Origin: Nemertoderma westbladi
Lineage: Eukaryota > Animalia > Xenacoelomorpha
NCBI GenBank assembly: GCA_032718475.1
Contig: JAUCBJ010002695.1
Location: 17,905-81,904, forward strand
Direction of reading: 5' to 3'
DNA: 64,000 nt
Part shown: one piece after another, positions 50,342 through 63,081 of the stretch
How positions within the stretch are numbered: the stretch's first letter is position 1
Layout: every line of letters starts with the position of its first letter
Program-made: the position numbers and the translations under genes
The notes under the pieces: model-generated
The model's database searches: none
What the model saw: the letters and a program-made list of their open reading frames with translations, nothing else
What the model was told of the DNA's origin: nothing

Positions 50342-53300
50342 TTATTCGGTAATTAGGTAGTTCAAATCCTCAGGTCTCACTTCCTGTTTGCCATAGTTTC
50401 CAGACTCCTCCCGTGTCATTTCTAATAAGCATAGCCGGCCAATAGGACGATGAAGAGTCTGTGGCTCAAATTTGATTCCCTTTGCTTTGGTTTTGCGACG
50501 CATGACAATAATGTCAACTGCTCGCACAAGACCATTGTCGGAAATGTGGATTTTGCTGATCCGACCTGTTTGCCATTTCTTACGTGGCAAATCCTTATCC
50601 ATGAGGAGTATCATTTCATTGACTTTGACATTTTCCTTCTCGGCAAACCATTTGGTGCACACAACTGTATGGTTGGAAGGTAATATCTCTCGAAGTGAAT
50701 GGTAAATCTTTCCGACAGTAGCTGCATCAGTTGTCACTTGGTGCGCAAATACTCATCACCCTGCTCTGGTTTAGACGCTGGCAACATTACTACTGGCTTT
50801 TTCAGTAAAAAATGTGCAGGTGTCAGTGCTTCTAAGGATTTCGGCTCCGAAGAAATGGGCATGAGTGGTCTGTCGTTAAGATATGCTGCTATTTCTTCTA
50901 ATAGGGTGCGGAGCAATTCATCATTTAGCGGTATCTGACAGGGTACTACATGGTGGAAGGCAGTCTTGACACTCCGGATCAGTCTCTCCCAACTGCCTCC
51001 CCACCATGGAGCATCAGCTGCATTAAATCTCCAGGAGGAAGCAGTCACCTTGAGTTGTTCCTTGAGTTGTGCCAAAGTGTGCAATCTTCAAGTAGGTTAA
51101 TGCCTTACACAGGCGATGCCAAGAACTGTAGTGGTTCAGAGCATTAATTATTAGAGGCGATAAACCTGGTTTTAGATTTGGACGGTCATTATTGACCCAG
51201 GGTAGGGCTGAGTCACTCACCGTATTACTTTCATTTAGTAACCATCGAAGATCATTTCCTGATTCTTTAACTGAGGTACTTACTGGTAGACCTATAATCA
51301 GATTGATCCAGAGGTTCATCCACATCTGCGAGCTCCCCATCTGTTAACAAGACTGACATGTCCAATGGACGGAATAATTTGCACTTTATGGCATTTTTTC
51401 GAGGTCTTACAATTTCTGCACCCTTAGCAGCTCTAATTTCTGCAGTAGAGAGTTTACGGGGCCACTCAGACTCTGGTTTCTATAAAAATTCAGGCCCGCC
51501 CAACCAACAAGAGGTCGATATAAGTTCTTGGGGAGTTGCTCCTCGAGATGCGATATCGGCCGGGTTTAAGATTCCTGGGCAATGCCGCCATTGTTCTACA
51601 GTACTTCGGCTCAAGATCTTTTTCACTCGGTTGGTTATAAACACGCTAAATTGACAGACATGATTGGTCAAATACTCGAGTACAAGTACAGCATCAGTCC
51701 AATAGTAGGTTTTCTCAATTTCATATGTGGTTTGCTCTAGATTGTTCCTAGCAATTTGGGAGGAATAAAGCGCTGCATTCAACTCAGCTCGAGGGGGTGT
51801 CAACTTATTGGAAATTAGTGCTTTCGATGCGACTAGGGAGACACGGACATCTGTAGGTGTTTGGACCCGAAAATATGCCACAATGCCAAGGCCTATATCG
51901 CTTGCATCTCCGAATGCATGAAGTTGGTAGGAGTAGTCGGGGAGTACGTGTCCAAAGTAAGTACGGGGAATCCTCATTCTCTCGATGTCAGGCAATGCAT
52001 CTTCCCACTTATACCAACGTGCTAACAAGTCGCCGCACAAGGGGTAATCCCAGGAGTTGTTCCAAATCCACATTTCCTGAACGAGTCCTCTTGCTGGAAA
52101 AATGACAGGGCTAATGAACCCAATCGGATCGAAGTAACTACTGAGAATACTTAGGCAGATGCGCTTTGTCTGCACACGTTCAGGTCTTATTTTCAACTTG
52201 AAACACATCTCATCTGTTTCTGTTAACCATTTATGACCCAATGTTTTAGTATCAGGTAACTCGTCCCTAACTAGGTCTAGTTCCTTATTTCCTCTCTCAG
52301 CAGGGTGAATAGATTCAAGGAACTCTCGGCTATTGCTGGTAAACTTCGGTAAATGAAATCCGCCTCTCTTCAGACAGTCAACAGTGCCATGTGCAACACT
52401 GATGGCCTCTGCAACAGTTGGGACCGACTTAAGATTATCATCCATATAAATGTCCCTTTCTATGTTCTCAATGACAGCTGGGAAGAAGTCCTTTCGATTA
52501 TGATGGGCAGTGGTTTGTATAATGGAGCACGCATTTCAGGGACTCGATATAATACCAAATGCTTGTATTGCCATGGGATATTCCAGTGGCTCCTTAGACA
52601 GATCCCCATCAGGCCACCATAAGAACCGGAGGCTATCACGATCCTCAACTAAGGATTTCACCTGCAAAAACATCCCTTCTATATCAGAAGCGAAAGCAAT
52701 TGAATATTGGCGCAATCTGATTAAAATACCTAACAGTTGTCGCAAGAGGTTTGGGCCAGGCATCAATTCGGTATTGAGTGATTGACCTCGGAATAGTGCT
52801 GACCCATCAAAGACAACACGTACTTGGCCGGGTTTGTCTGTTCTCTCCACATAGTGATGTGTCAATTAATATGTTCGGTCCGTGGTTTCCAGAACATTAG
52901 GGACTCTTTCAGCATAACCATTGTCGATATATTTATTCCTCTGTGTATTATACATCTGATGAGCCATTGGGTTGGCTTGTAGGCGTTTCTTCAGTTGGAC
53001 TGCTTGCTTTACTGCTAACGTCCTATTATTATGAAACACTGGTTTACCATTCTTCCACAGGAGGCCTATATCATACCGTCCTTCTTTTGGAAGAAATTTA
53101 GTTGTGGATTTTTGAATATGGATGGCGCGCTCCTCTTGCACAGACAGTGCATTATCGAATGAGTTGGGTTCCATAGCATCTTGTGACATCCATGATCTGA
53201 CATGTTCATCAAGCATATTCTGACGTCACTTCTCTGCAGCTTCACTTAAGTCATCGTAAGTGTCTGGTGAAGGGGTCCATTTAGTGAAATCACATGTTGA

Positions 53301-53560
53301 TGTAGTAACATGTCGCCATCATCCATCAATCGACTAGCTTCTTCACAATCATAGAAGACTCGTTCATCATCATTGTTTGATGAAGGCTCACTGAGTGAAT
53401 CAGACTGGAGGTCAGATTCATCTGTTTCCTCAAAATTTGAACACTTGGTAGTCATGTTACATTGAATGGTTTCAGATCGGCTCTCTCGTTCAGCCAAAGT
53501 CTTAGCTGATGGTCCAGTACAAAACCAGCTAATCCTTGTCCTGCCGGCATAAGTCGTCAA
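50342..53560 (-). pseudogene. Third BEL/Pao pol relic (RT, RNase H, integrase C-terminus; integrase core largely deleted)
   Basis: RVVFDGS…LMPGPNL; SDIEGMF; MDD; FDPIG; FGDAS; RAELNAA; NPAD; PWWGGSWERLI; LNDRPL. Confidence 0.92.
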
Positions 53561-53938
53561 AGGCGGAGAATAGGGGACCTATTGTACAAATAAAATTCAC
53601 CACAGTCAATACAAAGAATCACATTTCCTAATGATATGCCTAAAGAATGTAAGTTAAACCCTGAAATAAATGTTGCAATGTTCCAGCGGTGGCCCTCAGC
53701 AACGCGTCTTACAATTTCCGCGCGGCACAATATTTTTATACGAGGGAGTCTATAGGCCCTTCAACGTTGGGGCACCACTGCCCTTTATTTATAATCGTAA
53801 CTTCAAGTTAAAGAAATCCAAAATAAAACAATAGTCGTTTACTATACCGCAACGCATGCGATAAACACACATGTACAACTTTCAGTTCTATACTAACGGA
53901 CAGAGTTGTTGTAATAAGTTAAAAGACAGCAGACTTAA

Positions 53939-54965
53939 CCCTATTACCACTGGGGGGGGGGGGGCGAATCGGCCCCTTCCTAGTTTATAGTTGCTGTAAC
54001 TATGGAACCACATTACGTAAAGGCCCAATTTTTATTGAGAATTAGCCAAATTTAATGCCGCATCTTTTGCAAAAAACGACGTTGCAATTGGATTTCTACT
54101 TTTCGATGTGGGTGCCACCTCAAAATTTGGTCTCCAGCACCAAATTTTTTGAAATTTTCGAATTTTACAAATTCATTCGTGATTTAGTAATTATTTATGT
54201 TTGGGCAATTTTTATTTATTTTTATTGGTTTGGATCACTCTAATGCTCTATACAAGTATGTAAGTGTAGTGGTACGTCATTTTTGAGCACCAAAGTTAGG
54301 GCGTGGCACTTTAAAATTTCAAAATTACTTTATTCGGAAAATTTACTAAAGTTTTGATTTCGAAGCATTTTTATTGGTTTTCTGGAGCGCTGAATTGATT
54401 GAAAGTAATATAGAAGCCTGAAGACGTAGTGGTTCGCCATTTTTGGTGCCCCAAAATTAGGGCGTGGCACTTCAAATTTTGAAAAATACGAGATTCGGAA
54501 AATACACTAAAGTTTTGATTTCAAATTATTTTTATAGGTTTTCTGTAGCGCTGAATCGATTGAAAGTAATATAGATGCCTCAAATCCGTGGTATACGTAA
54601 TTTTCGGTGCACCAAAATTAGGGCGTGGCACTTCAAATTTTCAAAATTACTTTATTCGGAAAAAACACTAAAGTTTTGATTACAAAAAATGGCTAACCTC
54701 TAAGTCTTTAGAAAACGAAAAATTTTGTAATTTTGTCCTGGACTACTTTTATTTTTCATCAAAATTATGAGTCACTGCTTATGAAATTTTAACTTTTTAA
54801 GGTTTGGTAGTGTTCATCTATAGTTGTTTCACCAACAGCTCAAATTTTGTAGGATTTCATTGGACGATTACAAAAATATAGTGGGTGGGCCGAATCGCCC
54901 CCCCCCCCCCCCCCCCCCCCCCAGTGGTGCTAATGGTCAAAACACCCCAGTGGTAATAAATAGGG
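53939..54965. mobile_element. piggyBac-type MITE with a TTAA TSD and three ~161-bp internal repeats
   Basis: TTAA|CCCTATTACCACTGGGG … CCCCAGTGGTAAT(AAAT)AGGG|TTAA. AGGGCGTGGCAC occurs at about 54298, 54459 and 54620. Confidence 0.88.
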
Positions 54966-55819
54966 TTAAAGTAGAAAATTGGCCAAATAATCCACTTACG
55001 TCAACTGTTGTGTGCATCCAAAGAGGAAATTATTACAGTTGCTGCATTTGATTCGGTAATTTGTAATTTTAAAAGGGTCAAACAAATCACAATGGTCTTG
55101 CTTTCAATTTATAGATAACACTTTAACCCTGAATCATGTATTGTAGAGATACATATAGTACGTGCAGCAGGGTATCCGGCGTAATGCAAACCTGGCAATC
55201 AGTTATACAAACTTGTTATTACAAAATTTCTTTATCTGACCCCGGTGATATAAATGAAATATGTAAATTAAACAACATCAAGGTGGTTGCGATAAAGAAC
55301 TTTACCGATAGTCAAGCACCTGTGTATAACTGGGACAACGATGACTTTGTGAAACGTAATAACATCCCGCGATATAAACTCGATCGACCCGGAGTTCGAT
55401 TATTAATCTGCTAGAACGCGCCAAAGGCCCTGGAAATTTTACAAAAACTCCGTAGTTCGCCTCTGCCTTTAACCACATACGCTGGCAGAACCAGAATCGG
55501 TCGGTTCTACACTGGCCCATCGACAAAGACTTTAAACGAAAGAATGTCTAGTGAGAATATATTAACCAATCACATTCATTCAGAACACATATCGACCAAT
55601 TACATCCATTCTCCTAAACCCGGTGGTTATAATGTGGAAGCGGAGAAATTCACGGTGGGAGGACCCGATTTTGGGACAAAGTTTTCAAAATTTTGCGGTG
55701 AATCCAGTAAACCCAGCGACAACAATCAACCGACATCCCGACTTAATACGGACGAATCGAATATGGAGAACCCATTGATTATGTAAACAAATCGGACAGC
55801 CCAAACTCAGACCCACCTT

Positions 55820-57211
55820 TGAGTATTCACTCCCGGACTGAAGCTGTCCCAGACACCCCCCAATTATTTCAAAGTCAATCAGACTTACCTATTATTAAAG
55901 TAGGTCTATCCCCACTGATAGCCCGCGCCATGAACCATTATAGCTCATGGGATAAATTATGTATATTATTATGTAAATTATGCTATCTGACAGTCACGAC
56001 AAAATATGTGGTTTTCAAAACTCTTGCAGAATGCTGGATTGTTGTTGGTGTATGGGTTAGGCCTAGGCCTAGGCTGTGACTTCTCTCTGTCAGTCTGGCT
56101 CTCCTAGTCCCATCATAGGGAAATGACCACCATGGGCCACCTGCAAAAATCAGTTTTAAGTTTCTCTTCGAAAATCGATGGCTGTACTGGGCTGGGCCGC
56201 CTTGCATGGCCCATTGGAGCCACAGCCTGCAATTGATTGTAAGGGTAAAAGGTGGCGGCCGTAGTCCTTGGCTAATAGGGTGACTGTAATGGGCCGTGTG
56301 CAAAAATCGAAAATGAAATGAAAACGAAAGTTAAAGTAAAACTAAAATGAAATCGAAAGTGAATGTAAAACTAAAACTAATATTAAAACTAAAGAGAAAG
56401 TAAAACTAAAATTAAAATTAAAACGAAAGTAAAAGTAAAACTAAAAATAAAACGAAAGTTAAAGTAAAACTAATTGGAAACGAATTTGACAGTAAATTTA
56501 ATGTTTTTTTAATTGTACTAAGAAACTTTTTGGATTGTTTTATTAACTTCATTATCCAATTATAAATAAATACAATTTTTAATTTTAATTTCCACCACCA
56601 CCAAAATTAAATTTAGTAAGAATTTGTTTTTTGTTTTTGCCATTGTTTTTTAATTGTACTTGATTTAAAAATTAACATTAAATTTTTAATTCACGACAAA
56701 ATTAATAAATAAAATGTAGTGGCTCTAATGGGCCACCATACACTTGTCTCACTCTGAAGTTGATAAATCTAATTTACAACTTTCAGAGAAACTTGAGAGA
56801 CCTGAGGAATATCATCAACTCAGTATCGATCCTTTGACTCCATTGTCGGGTAAATTCTCAAGTACTATGATTAATGGATTAATTAGTGTCGGAGGGCATC
56901 TTACCAACGCTCCTATTTCTAGAGACACTACGTTCCCAATATTAATATTCGATCCCGAGATTCAAACACAGTTGATCCACGACATCCACTATGGACTATA
57001 TCACGCCGGGAGAGAACATATATTAAGTGAGATAGGGATGCGTTACTGTTTTGTCGTCCCTCGTGCGGCTCTGGGCCGGACATTGCGGAGTTGTATACCT
57101 TGCCGGGGGATTTGTGGCGGAGCAGTGACGCAGTCAGAAGCGGTACCTCCAAAGAAAAGAATTGATTACTATCACCCACCGTTCAAGCCAAAGGTACACT
57201 ATTTCAATTGA
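55820..57211 (+). pseudogene. BEL/Pao pol fragments (pre-integrase region and HHCC finger), interrupted by other debris
   Basis: GLSPLIARAMNHYSSW is homologous to about 51100-51170 on the minus strand; GLISVGGHL…IHYGLYHAG…CIPC. Confidence 0.75.
56290..56485. repeat. Degenerate AAACTA/AAACGA hexamer repeats, typical of hAT subterminal regions
   Basis: Visible 6-bp periodicity after GGGCCGTGTGC. Confidence 0.55.
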
Positions 57212-58339
57212 CCAACCAACCGCCATTGTTTATTAGAACTGGCAAGGGAACGTTCTGGTAACTACGGGCAACAACGAGTTAGGCCAAGTAGTCTGACCTA
57301 CAAACTAGAATAACGTCTTATAGAAGGTTACGATTGAGTATGTAATTATTTATTAGCCATTTAATACAACGTAGGTATTAGTATTAGACTACACTGCAGG
57401 TAGCAACGAAACCTACTTATGTTAATTGTACATTGTATATTCTGGACGCAGATACAGCAATTTAAATTAACGACAAATTATTTGACTTAAACTTAAAAAA
57501 TTCAAAATAAATGACTAATTACTAATGACAATACTCAATCGTGGAAGCGGATTTGTGTGACGTTACCAGCATAGAAATATGCGAAAAATTTTCAAAAATT
57601 TTGTGTTTAATACAAATTAATAATAGTAACCAAAATTAAAACATCCCAAATTAAATATCGATATAAATGATCAAATAACTATTACAGTAGTTACTAGTGT
57701 GAAATAAGTGTGAGAGCTGAGCGTTCTAATTTCTACATTTACCAACATGTCACCGAACAATTTGGATTAATTAAAACCAAAACAACGTGTTTCTCTGAAA
57801 ACACAAATGGTGTCCGTACAACTGTGAATGCAACCTTTAAGTACAGTTTGCATTACAGAAACTCAACCTGTTATCATTGATACACAAAACAAATATTAAA
57901 TATGTCTTTTGAACCGTATTTTGACTTTAAATGAAATTAAAATAGGCAAGTGACTTTTCAATTAAGCTAAATTGTGTGAATAAATAAATATATCGTGTGA
58001 GTTCGTGTGAAGCGTATACAATTGTCCAACCTTTCATTGATGCGAGAATTGTAGCAGACACATCTGGCTCCGGACCAATCCCCCGTCTCCCTGGCTTGAT
58101 GAGAGTTTAGCATATAGCCACGATAATTCGGTACCGCTGGTAGTTGCGAATTCGAGTCTCGCCGCTAAGGGATCGATCGGGGACTGTGTTGCGGCGTGTG
58201 GCTGTCTGGTTGGGGTGGTGACGTCCGCCTATACCCGTTGGAGTCATATATTCAAACTCGCACCTCGATATGTTGAAACACCCTCTTCCGATAAACGAGG
58301 TTCTTGGGACAGCATGCGGAGATGATGGATACGATGACG

Positions 58340-59485
58340 GCTGATTTCACTGGTGAATCTACCGAACTCACTCTCAGAGTATGTCGCCCCACCCCGTATG
58401 GACGTATGGATGAAGAGCGGACGTAGCGTGGACGATTGAACGATGAACGCGAATCAGCTTCTTTGGTCCAACCCGCGGTCCAGACTTTAATGGAAGGGTT
58501 CCAAAGTAAAGCACGTATTCACGCGTCTGGGTCTGTAAAGCGTTTTCGGTGTCGCTTACAGTCAAACCTGACTGATACCTCTCAACGCCGACATCTCTAA
58601 CCCCAATTTAGATGTGAATGCTCCGATTTTGTAAACTCACGTCGTAGAGCCTATATGCGACAATACTAATGAATGGATTATCGCTCCCCCTGGTCGAGCT
58701 GATCAAACGAAGATTTTAATTCGGGATAATTACCTCGAAAGACGTCCTCTCCATCCCCCGTGCTATGGGACTCAGGACCACCCAGATTTCGTCTTGCTCG
58801 GTCAACATTGTGTAACGAAACCCGAGAATCTCGCCTGCAGCGTGGAATTCCTATCCCTGGTTAATCCCCTCGACGACACCGAAGTCGAGCCCCTGCAGAA
58901 ATATCTTGACCATATAACAAAGTCAAATATCTTTCGACTCGACCCAAAGGGACGACGAAATATCCCTTCTGAAATATTATTAATATTACTACGCGAATTT
59001 ACAGCGGATTGCGCCTATGTGAAGTTATTGCGCAATTCTGTTCCCACATCAATCGTGGTTAGCGAACCTTAACCGGGAACATCTACTGGTGGATCGACCG
59101 TACGAACTGTCGCACCCCCTTCTGACTCATTGGAACTTCATCCTTCCGCCACTGAGGGGCCACAAGTGCAAGGTTCTCCACCTCCGCTACCTGGTAATGG
59201 CTCCCGGCCACCGAAACGTCGCAAGCGACCCCCCAGAAAGAAAAAGAACCTGAAAATAAACGTTATTATTTCCGGTTACTTTTTATTATGGCTATTCTAC
59301 TTTATAGGCTGATCTTTACTGGCTGATCTCACTGGTGAATCTACCGAACTCACTCTCAGAGTATGTCGCCCCGCCCCGTATGGATGTGTGGACGAAGAGC
59401 GGACGTAGCGTGGACGATTGAACGACGAACGCGAATCAGCTTCTTTGGTCCAACCCGCGGTCCAGACTTTATTGGAAGGGTTCGA
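58340..59485 (+). repeat. ~165-bp direct repeats (58340-58505 and 59321-59485) flanking a decayed ORF
   Basis: GGCTGATYTCACTGGTGAATCTACCG…GGAAGGGTTC occurs twice. Confidence 0.85.
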
Positions 59486-60919
59486 AAATGTAAAAGCTTT
59501 TGCGTCATTAACCGGTTATTTTCCCTTAAAGTACTCTGTAGTTGGTTTACCAGGCATAAAAAGGCCGCGTCCTTACTGTACTGGTGTTTTAGAGGACATA
59601 AAAGTCATTTCTTCTGTATTCGTACTTTAGAGGACATAATCCGCAATCTCGTGACGCGATAAGCTAGATACTCTTGAACACAGTGTCGCTACCATGACGA
59701 CGGCTAACAGCTGATATTGCCACGTCGACATTTCTTTGTTTCTTTGTTCTCTCGTGGTTCGGTTGACCAATCAGAGCGTTTTTTGTCTCTGTGTTGGAGG
59801 TGTATACAGAACTCAGTAGTTCAGTGTTATGTTTTTGCCCAGAGCCTAAGAACATCGGCTTTTGGCACCTACGTATATCAACATTCTTTAGCTTTACATT
59901 AGTAGGCTTAATTATAGAACGTATATCTGTTATCTTAACTAATCATACAAATCAAACCAATTATATGCAATTCATATCTTACATTACTGCTTTTACTGTT
60001 GGTTATTCGTTATATTTGTTGATGAAATATTATATCGGAATACTGATCAATAGTCAGACACCCCACCTTCTTGATATACTAAAGGTTAGAGAGACCGGTT
60101 ACAGATAAACGATTGCGACCTATGTTGAGTGGTTTGAAGTGAATCTAATGCTATTTCATATGCCCGACATAAATTGTCTGTTGCTCTCTTTATACGTGAC
60201 TAAATTTAGTGAAGGTCGGCAGCTTAGTGTGCAGTATTGTGCAGCATTGTGTATGATTGTAACTGATAACAAAGCATCTCCTAAAGAATGTGCCATATAC
60301 GTAAATCTATAGCCTTTTCGTTGTGTCTAGTTTAAGTCATAACTCTGTTTATATATTTAGAGCGCCACGTCCTAAAGGAACTGTTAATATTTCCCGAAAG
60401 TGAATAATATTTGTCAGAGATTATATATTACGATCAGTCGAATAAAACAGTAGGCTTACACCATCAATCATTAAGCTCCGAACTCAGTCTCCCGGGTATA
60501 TCCAACGGGTGAATGATTACGCATAGACTGGCTTCGGCTAATGTAGTGTATCAAATACTCGTCATAAGCTAAAGAATATATATCATCCAAAAGACATCCT
60601 AATTTGGCAGGTTAAACTGTCAAAGGTCTTAAAAGCGCAAACAATAACAGATATTGCTTCTGGATTGCGGTGTAAGCAATCCAGTCTAAAGTACCGGTCG
60701 ACCGGAAACCTGTAGGCCTGACTGCCTGATCATCCGAACCGGTACTTACAGCAGGTACAGCAGTATTATTCGATTTGATTATTATATGCCGGTAGGTCTT
60801 AATAATTAATCGGGGACGCCTGGTTTTTATTGGGATTTTTACTTAGGCCTATTTCTGTCAGTTTTATTTATTTGTAGGCCAGTATTGAGCAGAAGGCGTG
60901 TAAGCCTGCTCAGATTGTA

Positions 60920-61495
60920 CAGATAATTTGTAGGCTTGACTGTTGGCTAACTGTTGATTAGGTCTGAACGGATTGCAGTGCATGTAGAGTGTATGTCCGA
61001 TAAAGAACGGTTAGGAAGTAGGGGCAGCCATAGCTGTAAGGTAAACCCCCATCTAAAGAATAAGTCGTACTACTGGGTTAGAACGCATACTACTTAACCA
61101 TTTCGGAGTCTGCATGTCCTGTGGTTTATTTAGGCTTGATAGTAGTCTGCCATCGTTTGGTCTGTACTTTGTTTATGTAGTCTGTACGGGTAGCGTATAA
61201 TTTTATTTAGATAATTTGTAGGCTGGATAGTTGTCTGGCTGCTGTTGGGTTTGAGGAAATTTCGGTGTGTGTAAAGCATCTGTCCGATAAAGAACGGTTA
61301 GGAAGTAGGGGCAGCCATAGCTGTAAGGTAAACCCCCATCTAAAGAATAAGTCGTACTACTGGGTTAGAACGCATACTACTTAACCATTTCGGAGTCTGC
61401 ATATACCGTAGTTTGTTTAGGCTTGATAGTAGTCTGTCAGTATTTGGTCTGCATTTTGTTTGAATGGTTTGTACGCGTAGCGTAATATTTATTAT
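60920..61495 (+). repeat. ~286-bp tandem duplication with an identical ~120-bp core
   Basis: TGTCCGATAAAGAACGG…GGAGTCTGCAT at 60995-61115 and 61281-61401. Confidence 0.9.
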
Positions 61496-62906
61496 TCAGA
61501 GTTTATGCGATTATTCGCAACATTCATATCCCCAAGTTTATTCCTACAGTAATTGTGTTTGTTATACATACCGTTATAGTTAAACTAACCCCGGTACTAC
61601 ATCAGGGCTGCTCGGCGTAGGTAAAGACTGGTGATTTTGTGCACCGGTCACTCCGGCAGATACCGTGGTTCTTTTAGCTGTTCAAGTATTTTTAACTACT
61701 AATTATTTGTTATACAAGTACTTGTACCTAATTTAGGGTTTAGTGTACAGTGCTTTCCGAAAGCAATTAGTGTGTAGGCAGTATATTTGTGTTGTAAAGT
61801 GGTTAATCATAGCCCTCCACCCACTCCTCCCTAGCCTGGGCTACGGGCCACATCTCGGAGGCAATTAAAAAATGCCAAATTCCGGTGCTAAATCGTGGTG
61901 TTTAATGACCATCTGTCACCATCAATATTGATTCGCCTCGTTACCTTCAACCAATCGCTGCCTATCACCTACGCGTAGCCTAACCTCACGATGCCCTCCT
62001 TACTCCTACAGCTGTTACCACCCGCGCGTATTGGTTCGTGTCGTTGCATCAACCAACCATAGCATATTCATCTTCGCGCGTACCCAAACCTCTCATCGTG
62101 TGGCTAGCCCCACACTACCCTATTATATCGATTCGATCGCCAACTCTTCGACTGCTGTCGCCAATCCATTCAACCGAGCAACCTACCAATCCAGCAGTAG
62201 GATACGTGTTGAAATTCCGCCACGTTTCCAGCTACACGTATACAAACATTTCCATAGTTATTTCCTATCCAACCAACCAACCACTGTATACTGTATATGC
62301 TGACAACGTGGCCACCAACTACATCAGATATTATATTGATTGCCAACTCCAGCACGGCTGTCACCAATCCACGTCCCGGCTACACGTATACAAACAACAT
62401 TTGCATAGTAGTTACTCAACCTAACCAATCCCGCAGCATCTGTGTCATATTGAAAGGCTACCACCACTAACATTATATACTGCACGTTTTTATTATAATA
62501 ATTATTGATTATTACACACACACACAACCCTATGATTCATATTCTTTCACGTATTTCCTATTCAGGCAACCAACCATTCATCCACGTTGCACTCCATCTC
62601 TTTTCTTATTCGTCGATGATTATGACACGTACCATCTCTTCTTCGTTGACTATGCCACATCACAAATTTATATATATATAAGTGAATGTTTTTAATAAAA
62701 TTCATCACTTCTAGTAATCTTCATGGTAATATATTGATACCATATCTAATTTTTTTTTGTTCTCACTCTGACATTGTGTTATTTCCTTAATAATTTCTAC
62801 ATTATCTTACTCGTTGTATATTCGTTGGTCGGAAAACGACGCCACATAAAATGATACTGATTCCAGCATTGGGTATCGACCTAAAAACAAACTCGATACT
62901 GATAAT

Positions 62907-62985
62907 TAAAATCTATATTGAAAATATGACGCTCTTCCTTGCTTGGATCATAATGAAGAGCGTCATATTTTCAATATAGATTTTA
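62907..62985. other. Perfect 31-bp inverted repeat with a 17-nt loop
   Basis: TAAAATCTATATTGAAAATATGACGCTCTTC pairs with GAAGAGCGTCATATTTTCAATATAGATTTTA. Confidence 0.95.
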
Positions 62986-63081
62986 CACAATTTTAGAGTG
63001 AGAACTATGGTGTCAATTTATTACAGCGATACGGTTTAAAATTTATCACTTGTAATATTTTTCGTATTTATTATTATTATT

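Noticed and set aside
57686-57700. AGTAGT as a Polinton terminus
   Set aside because: The hexamer is too short to be significant, and there is no partner TIR or core gene in the window.
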